NCBI GenBank assembly: GCA_002371265.1
Contig: DFGT01000032.1
Location: 24,102-88,101 of the forward strand
Length of the DNA stretch: 64,000 bases
Direction: 5' to 3'
Source of the DNA: Bacteroidales bacterium UBA3743
GTDB lineage: Bacteria; Bacteroidota; Bacteroidia; Bacteroidales; Paludibacteraceae
Made by a program: the position numbers and the translations under genes. Positions within the stretch are counted from its first letter, which is position 1; each line of letters starts with the position of its first letter. Below the pieces are notes generated by a model that searched no databases, was not told the DNA's origin, and saw nothing but the letters and a program-made list of their open reading frames with translations. Below, piece by piece: positions 9,521-17,399 of this stretch.

Positions 9521-10585
9521 TTACAATTGATTTTCGTAATCAAAAGTACTCATAAGATTAATAAGTTTTTCCTCCGCTTTTTTCAATGCGTCAGCTGATT
9601 CTGTTTCTGTTACAATGTAATTTGCACAAGGCAATGTAATAAACAAATCTGCTCCAGCGGATTCATCTACAATTGGTTTTGCTTTTGGTTTTTCTCCGTC
9701 ATCAACTAATTTCGCTCGTATTGCTCCCGCCAATGTGTTAGCATTGTCACTGATAGCAATAGCCAATGTCTCCATCAAGCTGAAGGTACGAGCTTGATTT
9801 GATGTGATTCGCCAGTTGATAATAGCTTTAGCTAAAGCTGGTATTACTTTTTCACGCTCTTCTTTTGGCAATACTAGACACTCGCCAAACACATTCCTAC
9901 TCTCCTTCCAACCTTTAGATTTCAAGGACTCAATCATTTCTTTTGAGATTTCTGGCTCATGTTGATTAGTTGATACGCAAAACAATGTTCGTAAATCAAT
10001 TGCTAGATCATATACAAACAACCCTGAAGTTCTGGCATTGTCAGGTATCCAATTTCTTCGTGGTAAAGTACGTTCATTTGTCTGAAGAAACTCTTCAATT
10101 TCCTCTTCCGTTAAAAGTTTATCACTTCCTGCCATTCGAACTTTAACAGGATGATTATCTGGGCGGTCGCTTCTGTCGAAAGTGAGATTCTCCTTGTCAA
10201 CACCAGCTAAAAGTGGATGTAGTGGACGCATTGCCGAAATTGAGAGTGGACTTCTACGTTTTTTTGTTGGACCATCACCAGCACGCATCCATCCCCCTAT
10301 CAATTGATCAACATAATCTGGATCACATGGTGACCATGGTTCTTTATTCTCCAACTCTTTTTTTGCTGTGATGTTGTAGTTAAACGTTATCGGTGCCATT
10401 TGGACGTTCAACTCATCGGTCAAAGACTGCAGAATAGAACGTTTGACTTGTTGACCACTCGAATAAGCAACTACTCGATTAAATTGAGAGTCAAAATACG
10501 TTTTTTGTCCGTCTTGAACACAAAATACCGTATGTTCAACATGTTTTAATGCTCTTAAATAAATGTATGGATTCATTGTTAACAT
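9521..10585 (-). CDS. cas7: Cas7-like backbone subunit (Cst2/DevR-type RAMP)
   Basis: The call rests on its position between the large subunit and cas4, its size (~354 aa from MLTMNPYIY) and the motif AYSSGQQVKRSILQSL, which resembles the Cas7/DevR Ser-Gly...Lys/Arg motif. The longer track ORF (to 10627) overlaps the cas8 stop. Confidence 0.6.
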   Translation of the reverse strand: MLTMNPYIYLRALKHVEHTVFCVQDGQKTYFDSQFNRVVAYSSGQQVKRSILQSLTDELNVQMAPITFNYNITAKKELENKEPWSPCDPDYVDQLIGGWMRAGDGPTKKRRSPLSISAMRPLHPLLAGVDKENLTFDRSDRPDNHPVKVRMAGSDKLLTEEEIEEFLQTNERTLPRRNWIPDNARTSGLFVYDLAIDLRTLFCVSTNQHEPEISKEMIESLKSKGWKESRNVFGECLVLPKEEREKVIPALAKAIINWRITSNQARTFSLMETLAIAISDNANTLAGAIRAKLVDDGEKPKAKPIVDESAGADLFITLPCANYIVTETESADALKKAEEKLINLMSTFDYENQL

Positions 10586-10604
10586 TTTTATCGTTAGACA
10601 TTTG

Positions 10605-11915
10605 TTATTTCTTTTGTAATGCGGCAAACTGGAATCTGATCAATGTCAACAGATACGGAACATTATCGTTTGGCATTTGATTAATAATCTGTGCCATTTC
10701 TACAATTCCGTCTGTTGTTTCAGAGTCAGATACAATGGCAGTAAGTGCTTCAATAAACGTTTTTTTATTCGTTGCAAAAAGCACAGCATCAATCTGTCGA
10801 GAATTTGTTGTCCTACCATTTTTACCTTTTTCTGTATACGATTGCAACATTTGTGCAAATTCTATGGACTTTGTCCATAATTCTTCATTGTTTAACATAG
10901 CTAATAACCAAATTTGATATGCATGAAAATTAATTAATTGTTTATCATCATATTTAGGCAGTTTGAGTATTTTGTCTTTATCTGCCTTCATATATTGTTT
11001 TAACCCTTTAGGCTGCATAGCTTCAATACCAATTGCACCTCTATGACAACAAACCCTAAATCCGTTTTCAGATCCCCACAAAGACTCAGCTTTCTTGCCT
11101 TCTTGAACATTAAACAGTTTTGCATAGAGTTGGATAGGTCTCCGAATGTGTTCAAGACTGAATGGAATAAAACCAATTGTGGTGTTGGTTTGTCCGAAAT
11201 TATAAACATATCCCATCATTCTAGGATTGTCAAACTGCCACGAAACACCAATTATCACTTTTGTCCACGATTGAGTTGCCACACTCATGCCATCGTTTGC
11301 ATTTACATATGGATAAAAATCAGCCATTGGCTGTTCCTGACGATAATTTTTACTATAACGGTGAGCAAGCCACTGACCATTCCATGTATTAACCTGATTC
11401 CCTTTTAGATTTCGAATTTCGTTTACCGCAGATCTATATAAAATCCATCCTTCAAATAAATCCATGAGTATTTCCTTGTTAGGTATCAGAATAGAAAAGC
11501 CTCCTTGAATTCCTATTCCCAAACTAGCACCAAGCCATGATAAGTAAATATCATTTTCAGTAAAAGGATATTGGATATTTGTGGTTTGCCCAGAGGTTGT
11601 TGAGTTTACATCAGTGGAACCAAAACCAACCGAATTATCAGTTGTTGGATAACCTATTTCAAACTTTTTCAGTAAATTTTCAAATCTTTGCTTCCGTTTT
11701 TCTTTTGTTTCAAAAGGTTTTTTCCCAGAAATCATATCCGCCCAACTTATCTTTGGATTCTCCAATGGTGTATTCCCTGCTGTCATCAAATATTTTTCTT
11801 GATCGAAGAATAGCGGATAGTACACCTCAACAAAAAACGTTTTGGCATCGTATTTCGTGCCATACTTTTTGTTGTAGGCTTCCAAAAAAATCCTTCCTAT
11901 TGTTGCTGTAATCAT
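10605..11915 (-). CDS. cas8: Cas8-like large subunit of the Cascade-type effector
   Basis: It is 436 aa and sits directly between cas3 and cas7. It has a helical-looking C-terminal third. I cannot assign a family from memory, so the call rests on size and synteny. Confidence 0.5.
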   Translation of the reverse strand: MITATIGRIFLEAYNKKYGTKYDAKTFFVEVYYPLFFDQEKYLMTAGNTPLENPKISWADMISGKKPFETKEKRKQRFENLLKKFEIGYPTTDNSVGFGSTDVNSTTSGQTTNIQYPFTENDIYLSWLGASLGIGIQGGFSILIPNKEILMDLFEGWILYRSAVNEIRNLKGNQVNTWNGQWLAHRYSKNYRQEQPMADFYPYVNANDGMSVATQSWTKVIIGVSWQFDNPRMMGYVYNFGQTNTTIGFIPFSLEHIRRPIQLYAKLFNVQEGKKAESLWGSENGFRVCCHRGAIGIEAMQPKGLKQYMKADKDKILKLPKYDDKQLINFHAYQIWLLAMLNNEELWTKSIEFAQMLQSYTEKGKNGRTTNSRQIDAVLFATNKKTFIEALTAIVSDSETTDGIVEMAQIINQMPNDNVPYLLTLIRFQFAALQKK

Positions 11916-11927
11916 ATAATTTGTGTT

Positions 11928-14084
11928 TTATAAGATTTCATATTTTGTAAGAAATTCAGGCTTTGCATACTCCATCAGAAGTCCCATTTCGTCGTCATAG
12001 GCTTTGTTTGGTATCACATACGGTCGCGAACCAGCATTAAGTTGCTCCAGATTCCTGTACGCAATACTTTTGTAGCTAGATGGTATTTCCAAATTCATTC
12101 TTACTGCTGGATTTTTCAAGTATTCTTCCTTATCATCCTCTTTTATACATACAGCAGAATTAATATCAAGGACATCAAGCAAAGCCGATTTTGCATTGTG
12201 ACACAATTCTGTAATCATCCATTGTCCATTAACGAAAACAGCACCAGAATAATCTAGACTCATGAACTTTGTGTCAGGATAAACCGTGTCTATCATTGTT
12301 TGCAATGTAGCTTCTTCTAACAACGCGTCTTGGGGCAGGACGTCGAAACTCTTTTGCAAGACATCCAAATCGTATGGTAGAGCATCACTCTTATCCTCTG
12401 GTGGTTGAATCACATAAATATCCTTGTATTTGCCAATGGTTTCATCAGTACGTTTACGATTGATTCGCCCAAAGCGTTGAATCATTGCATCAATCGGTGC
12501 ACATTCGGTAATCATCACATCAAAGCTAATATCGAGACTAACCTCCACGACCTGCGTTGAAACAACAATACAAGAATTTTTTGATGCATTGAAATCTGCT
12601 TTCAAAGATGTTTCAAGTCGTGCACGGTCGTTGCGTTTGAAACGGCTGTGAATAAGCATTCTACCAACATCAGGATATTCCTCTCCAATTTCATTATAAA
12701 GCATTTGCGAGCGTTTCACCTGATTGCAGACAATAAGAATCTTCTTATTTTCGGCGACCGCTTGTTTTACAATGTTGTTACAACTTTCGAAATCTGCGAC
12801 TTTATGAATTATGTGCCGGTTGAATGTTTCCAAGATGTTGTTTGGTAACGAAACTTCATACACTTTACTTTTGCCACCCAACAGTTCTAGAATCTTGTTG
12901 TAAAGAACAGTTGGCATAGTTGCCGTTCCAACGTGAATTCTGCAACCAATAGTTTTGAGCATCTCAATTATCTTCAAGACAATCGCTTGAATCTCACTCG
13001 AATAAGTATGTATCTCATCTAGAATCACATCACTATCCTCCAAATCAAGCAACATTGCCTCATACCCTTTGATTCCAAACACAATTGATGCCATTTGATG
13101 CGGTGTGAGAACTTTCACCGATGCTCCTAAATGATGTTGCAAAATTCTTTCTTCAACGCCTTTGTCACGCACTTTTAACCCTGATGCCGCATGCAACAGA
13201 TGTACTTGTGCGTCAGTGTTTTTCAAATCGTTCCTTATTCGATCATACATTGCATTAATAGAAGCCTGAAAAGGCAATGTATAGAACACGCGTCCCTTGC
13301 AACGACGCAGCAAGAAATCTGTTTTTCCAGCTCCTGTCGGGGCTGTAACCAATGTGTTTTTGCGTTCATCGGAAGTATCCACAAACGATAACGGATATAA
13401 ATGATGTGTGCGATTGTAGAAACTCAAATCTGGTTTTATGAACAATTTATCTAGCGAACTTTCCGATTTTTCCTCCAAGGCAGAAGCAAAATGGTCAGCA
13501 GCCATTAGTACGCCTTTCCATCGTGAGTAATTCAACGGTTTCCTCGAACAATAGTCAATCGCATACTCATAGTTTTCTTCGGCTTCTTCAATGTCAATCG
13601 AATGAGTTTCAATGCCCAATTCATTCAAAATCTCCAATGCAATCGGACCCCATTCCTCAAATTTGTCAGAATGTCGAGAGAAACTATCCATATTGTCATC
13701 CAAATCCAAAAAACCTTTTTCCGTCACATCGTTTTTGAGAGATTTATGATGGGCGATAATCATATCAAGAATTGCTTTCTTTTCAATCTCATTAAATAGA
13801 GAAAGGAACAAGACGGAAGCAATCTCGTGTCGAAAACAAAATCCAGGCTGATGTGTATAGCCATGTTTCAATGTGCGTTGAAACAATGGACTAACCTTGC
13901 CTATGTCATGCAAAATTGCACCCTTTCGGGCAATCCCTTCATCTAATCCAGAATGATGTGCAATAACAACAGAGGCGTCGGCTACACTTTTCAAATGTGT
14001 AGTCAGCGGCATTCCACCACTTTCTTCGTGTTTTGCCAATATGTAGTCGAACTTTCCTGACATTTTACAGCAATTTATTTCCAT
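11928..14084 (-). CDS. cas3: Cas3 HD nuclease/helicase
   Basis: The N-terminal HD domain shows LHDIGK, RHEIAS and IIAHHK. The SF2 helicase motifs VTAPTGAGKT and LDEIH are present. An alternative start, MSGKFDY, is at 14063. Confidence 0.9.
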   Translation of the reverse strand: MEINCCKMSGKFDYILAKHEESGGMPLTTHLKSVADASVVIAHHSGLDEGIARKGAILHDIGKVSPLFQRTLKHGYTHQPGFCFRHEIASVLFLSLFNEIEKKAILDMIIAHHKSLKNDVTEKGFLDLDDNMDSFSRHSDKFEEWGPIALEILNELGIETHSIDIEEAEENYEYAIDYCSRKPLNYSRWKGVLMAADHFASALEEKSESSLDKLFIKPDLSFYNRTHHLYPLSFVDTSDERKNTLVTAPTGAGKTDFLLRRCKGRVFYTLPFQASINAMYDRIRNDLKNTDAQVHLLHAASGLKVRDKGVEERILQHHLGASVKVLTPHQMASIVFGIKGYEAMLLDLEDSDVILDEIHTYSSEIQAIVLKIIEMLKTIGCRIHVGTATMPTVLYNKILELLGGKSKVYEVSLPNNILETFNRHIIHKVADFESCNNIVKQAVAENKKILIVCNQVKRSQMLYNEIGEEYPDVGRMLIHSRFKRNDRARLETSLKADFNASKNSCIVVSTQVVEVSLDISFDVMITECAPIDAMIQRFGRINRKRTDETIGKYKDIYVIQPPEDKSDALPYDLDVLQKSFDVLPQDALLEEATLQTMIDTVYPDTKFMSLDYSGAVFVNGQWMITELCHNAKSALLDVLDINSAVCIKEDDKEEYLKNPAVRMNLEIPSSYKSIAYRNLEQLNAGSRPYVIPNKAYDDEMGLLMEYAKPEFLTKYEIL

Positions 14085-14625
14085 TATATTCTATCCAACC
14101 ATACATAGGTTTTCCATTGTCGAATCGATTGTAGCCGACAAGAAATGATTGCTCGGAATCTCCAAAACAAAGTTCAAAACCGTCTATCTCAGCAAACTCT
14201 TCATCTGTAAATTCATATATTTCAGCATCAGGCAACATTACATCTTCATTTCTACAAAGGCATATATGTTGTTTAGCTGCCGTTTGAGCTTCAGCTTTGT
14301 CTCCAAATGCAAGATACAAAACAGGATCCAGCATGACACCTCGTTTTATAATTGAACGTTCACGAGTCATCTCTTTTTTTGATACTTTCCATCCTCTTGT
14401 TTGGGTCACTTCCTGCTGTGAATCAATAGCTGCATAATTCAGTTTGTGACGCTTTATCTTACAGATACTACCATTATTAGTCAATAATTCAGGAAAAAGT
14501 TTTTTTTCAATTCCCTCAATTATAGATGGAGTAAGAAACTGTTGGCTGAAAGTTTCTCCATCTCTAACGGCAGTCCACGGTTTTATAAATCCAAATTTGC
14601 CTGTATATTTAACTGTGTAATACAT
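14065..14625 (-). CDS. cas5: Cas5-like RAMP subunit
   Basis: It is ~186 aa from MYYTVKY. The N-terminus YTGKFGFIKPWTAVRDGETFSQQFLTPSIIEGIEKKLF fits the Cas5 pattern (aromatic-basic-x-P ... T/P-P-S-x-I/V-x-G). The track ORF start at 14667 overlaps cas6. Confidence 0.55.
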   Translation of the reverse strand: MYYTVKYTGKFGFIKPWTAVRDGETFSQQFLTPSIIEGIEKKLFPELLTNNGSICKIKRHKLNYAAIDSQQEVTQTRGWKVSKKEMTRERSIIKRGVMLDPVLYLAFGDKAEAQTAAKQHICLCRNEDVMLPDAEIYEFTDEEFAEIDGFELCFGDSEQSFLVGYNRFDNGKPMYGWIEYNGNKLL

Positions 14626-14633
14626 AACATTTA

Positions 14634-15296
14634 CTAATAAATTGAACCAAATCCTATTCCTGTGCAATTACCCAAACCTACGTTCCATGCAAATTGTTTG
14701 GTCTGATTGCGTCCTTTGATAATGACAGGACACATATTCGCTTTGTTGCTGATATTATCATACCAGACAAGTTTCGTTTTCTTCTTTGTATAGTTTAAGT
14801 CGAATGCAATGCTTAAAGTGTCATCGTCAGGAATTCCTGCAAGTCTCATTTTTGTACGTAGAGTTTCTTCTAACAATTTTCCGCTTATTGAATTGTCATA
14901 ATAAAACTCTGCAATCTTGTCATTTTCCTTTCTTTTTATGAGGATAGGACTTCCCAAGTTGAATTGTTCCTGTTGAGTCAAATCAGGAGTGTCTTCTATA
15001 ACAACATCTTTCACGCTCATTCCACAAAACATTTCGGGTTCTTTTCTGATGTTTGCCAATACATCTTTAAGCCTTTGTGTGTCATAGAAACTGAGGAAAA
15101 ATGATGCACCCTTGGGGCAAATCAATCCATTTTCAGAAACTTGCATATTCCTCAACCAAGAAAAAGAGTAGAGTGAAACCTCACCATGTTCTTGGTTGTT
15201 TTCTCCTAACCATTTGTGAAGTACACCTGTCAATTTTTGCTGATAGTTATATGGTATAATTAAACTATTAGGCGTTGTTTTTATGTTTAATCTCAT
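14634..15296 (-). CDS. cas6: Cas6 pre-crRNA endoribonuclease
   Basis: It is 220 aa. The C-terminal glycine-rich loop GLGNCTGIGFGSIY is typical of Cas6. It is the first gene of the operon. Confidence 0.75.
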   Translation of the reverse strand: MRLNIKTTPNSLIIPYNYQQKLTGVLHKWLGENNQEHGEVSLYSFSWLRNMQVSENGLICPKGASFFLSFYDTQRLKDVLANIRKEPEMFCGMSVKDVVIEDTPDLTQQEQFNLGSPILIKRKENDKIAEFYYDNSISGKLLEETLRTKMRLAGIPDDDTLSIAFDLNYTKKKTKLVWYDNISNKANMCPVIIKGRNQTKQFAWNVGLGNCTGIGFGSIY

Positions 15297-15374
15297 ATAT
15301 ATATTTATAAATTTATTGTTTCGTAAATATACGATAATTTTCGAATAATCAAAAATTTGTGTTCTTATTTACTT

Positions 15375-15397
15375 CTGCATGCAAATTTAACATGCAG
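15375..15397 (-). promoter_or_regulatory. Candidate cas operon promoter: -7 box TAAATTTG embedded in a 7-bp inverted repeat
   Basis: ctgcatg (15375-15381) and catgcag (15391-15397) flank caaatttaa. On the minus strand caaattta (15382-15389) reads TAAATTTG. It lies ~86 nt upstream of the cas6 ATG. Confidence 0.3.
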
Positions 15398-15579
15398 GTG
15401 TGCAAGAACTCTTCAGAGGTGAAATTATTTTTTTATTCATCTCCTTATCCTTACACAACCACAAAAATAGCACGTCGGTATGTAATATTTTGGCATAGCT
15501 TGTGTTTTTTTTGAAAAAAAATAACAAATAACTGAAATTTCGCAGGTAAATAGCATTTGATAGGAAAATTTACATTCCT

Positions 15580-15614
15580 AAAAAAACAAAAAAGACGTTG
15601 GCAATGCAACGTCT
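15580..15614 (-). terminator. Rho-independent terminator after the hip operon
   Basis: AGACGTTG (15593-15600) pairs with CAACGTCT (15607-15614). On the minus strand it is followed by TTTTTGTTTTTTT. Confidence 0.6.
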
Positions 15615-15669
15615 ATATTAATCAAAAGAATTGGGGGTTCACATCTTCGGTGCTAAGATTTCCGCACAA

Positions 15670-16611
15670 TTACGAATTACGAATTTTCCCAATTCTATCA
15701 TTTAGGAGTTCAATATAAGCGGTTTTCAATTCGTCATTAAGGAATGAATTCTGCACACATTGTATCATTGACGGAAGCAATTTCTCATACTTGCGAATGA
15801 GTTTGGTAACCGTAACAGCATCTATTTCCATTGTTTTTGCAGCACTTACGAAATCATCTATCTTGAGATTTTTCTTTCTTCCATTGAGCGTAAGGGCAAG
15901 TTCCTCATCATCCTTTGGATTGACGACGGTGGCATTCAAAAGATCATAGGCAGGAGTGAGTCGAACCACACCATCCACAGATTCATACAAAGAGAAATTT
16001 TTCAAATGCATGTCATTATTTCCTGTCAACCAGGAAAACAGGACAATCTCAAAAAAATTCGCCACATCCATCTTCGGTACAGATGAATATTTTGCAATCG
16101 TTTTGCCTATACGTTCGTAACTACTCTTATATTTATGCTCTGTCTGTCTCTCAGTAAGTTGACACATGTCTTCCATCGCAATCTTCTCTCCGTTTGCAGT
16201 GCGGTCTATCCGTTTGGTCAGATAACACAACGAGCCATCTGACATTCGTAATAAAGTGTGCGGCACGACATCAATCTTGCACAATTCAGCAAGATGCATA
16301 GTCAAATCCTCGACTTCTGGCATCTGTTCGAATATTGCGGTCTGCGGTTTACATATATAACCACCCCATAATCCGACAATAGTGAGACGTTTTGAGCCTT
16401 CATGCTCATTCAGATGAAGCGACAATTTAGGTTGTACACCTGTTAATGACGTCTGATCTTGGATCACTTCCTTAGCAAGTTCCTCCAGTTGTTCGATGGA
16501 ATAATCCAATAATGGCACAACAGTAGTGCCAAAGAACTTACGTGCACACGCAGCATGCATATCTGTTTCTCCGTTCTTCAGCGGTTTGTAGCAGTATAAA
16601 CATTTATCCAT
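15670..16611 (-). CDS. hipT: HipT-like Ser/Thr kinase toxin (HipA C-terminal kinase core without N-subdomain 1)
   Basis: It starts at MDKCLYCYKPL, 8 nt overlapping the upstream gene (ATGGATAA). It has a Gly-rich loop, SLTGVQPKLSL, the catalytic motif GNNDMHLKNFS and TPAYDLLN. The longer track ORF (to 16803) would run through the upstream gene. Confidence 0.8.
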   Translation of the reverse strand: MDKCLYCYKPLKNGETDMHAACARKFFGTTVVPLLDYSIEQLEELAKEVIQDQTSLTGVQPKLSLHLNEHEGSKRLTIVGLWGGYICKPQTAIFEQMPEVEDLTMHLAELCKIDVVPHTLLRMSDGSLCYLTKRIDRTANGEKIAMEDMCQLTERQTEHKYKSSYERIGKTIAKYSSVPKMDVANFFEIVLFSWLTGNNDMHLKNFSLYESVDGVVRLTPAYDLLNATVVNPKDDEELALTLNGRKKNLKIDDFVSAAKTMEIDAVTVTKLIRKYEKLLPSMIQCVQNSFLNDELKTAYIELLNDRIGKIRNS

Positions 16612-16942
16612 CTTTCTCATCCTCCTTATCCATTGGAACCACACTAACCGCACCAATACAATCTTTACAACAAAGCAATAGTAAAGACATACGGTCGAGA
16701 ATACTGATATCTGTATTGCGGATAGCGACATCAAGCAACCATCCTTCAGGTATAAGACCATCAAAAAAAGGGAAAAGTACCGAATTTTTATATGGTTCTT
16801 CACATAAAGGCAATGTCAAACTAATGCTTTTCGAATCAGCTGAAGACAGGTATTCCTTAAGGTATACAAATTCATATCCTTCATCATTTTCTGTGAGGAT
16901 GCCTGCAAACTTGTCTTTATAATATATTTTTGCCTGCTTCAT
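16604..16942 (-). CDS. hipS: HipS-like protein (stand-alone HipA N-terminal subdomain)
   Basis: It is 112 aa. MKQAKIYYKDKFAGILTENDEGYEFVY...FFDGLIPEGW is typical of the HipA N-terminal (couple_hipA) domain. It is translationally coupled to both neighbours. Confidence 0.75.
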   Translation of the reverse strand: MKQAKIYYKDKFAGILTENDEGYEFVYLKEYLSSADSKSISLTLPLCEEPYKNSVLFPFFDGLIPEGWLLDVAIRNTDISILDRMSLLLLCCKDCIGAVSVVPMDKEDEKDG

Positions 16943-17151
16943 ACGTTATCTTTTTCTTTTTCCACCGCTGCCATCTCATAATTGAAGAAATCCAGCAATT
17001 GGTTGACTTTGTCCAAACGCAACGTCTGTTTGCCCTGCTCCAGATCCCTGACGAAACGCAAACCGACTCCAGACTTGATCGACAAATCCTCCTGCGTGAT
17101 GTTATACTGCTTTCGCAGCATCTTTACTGTCGCTGATAAATTGGTTTTCAT
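16939..17151 (-). CDS. hipB: HipB-like Xre-family HTH protein
   Basis: It is 70 aa from the ATG at 17151 (MKTNLSATVKMLRKQYNITQEDLS...). The track ORF uses an upstream TTG. It has an ATGA overlap with the hipS-like start. Confidence 0.75.
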   Translation of the reverse strand: MKTNLSATVKMLRKQYNITQEDLSIKSGVGLRFVRDLEQGKQTLRLDKVNQLLDFFNYEMAAVEKEKDNV

Positions 17152-17153
17152 TT

Positions 17154-17258
17154 TATACCCTTTTGGGTACAAAATTATAATTATTATCGATTTCTATATC
17201 CGATAAGGTATAAAATATTATTTAAAACAATAAAAATATACCCATTAGGGTATATTTT
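17154..17258 (-). promoter_or_regulatory. Three phased palindromic operators plus -7 box upstream of hipB
   Basis: The three sites are TATACCC-tttt-GGGTACA (17154-17171), TATATCC-gata-AGGTATA (17195-17212) and AAAATATACCC-atta-GGGTATATTTT (17233-17258). Their centres are ~41-42 bp apart. The -7 box TAATTTTG is at 17170-17177 (minus strand). Confidence 0.5.
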
Positions 17259-17274
17259 ATCAATGTTATATCAA

Positions 17275-17398
17275 ATTTAGCATTTCACATTATGAATTAT
17301 TATGACACGCACGTCCGTGCGTCTCGTGTGGTTTGATTACCAGATGTTTGGATTATCCCCACAATTACGCATTACGCATTATGCATTATGAATTACCC
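17275..17398. repeat. Mosaic intergenic repeat (heptamer-phased ATT arrays flanking a GACACG...CGTCTC hairpin)
   Basis: Heptamers atttagc/atttcac/attatga/attatta lie at 17275-17302. The hairpin gacacgcacg-tc-cgtgcgtctc is at 17304-17325. Heptamers attacgc x2/attatgc/attatga/attaccc lie at 17364-17398. The same modules recur at 18103-18430, 20229-20378, 21494-21638 and 62300-62362. Confidence 0.8.
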
Positions 17399-17399
17399 A

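Noticed and set aside
15387-15440. A 17-codon micro-ORF (MNKKIISPLKSSCTPAC) preceded by AAGGAG upstream of cas6.
   Set aside because: It is too short to evaluate and Bacteroidota do not rely on Shine-Dalgarno sites. It ends inside the candidate -7 box, so it would lie upstream of the transcript.
15670-16803. The 377-aa version of the HipA-like ORF.
   Set aside because: Its first 64 codons overlap the HipS-like gene out of frame and encode a hydrophobic nonsense-like peptide. The ATG at 16611 gives the classical ATGGATAA stop/start overlap and a sensible kinase N-terminus.
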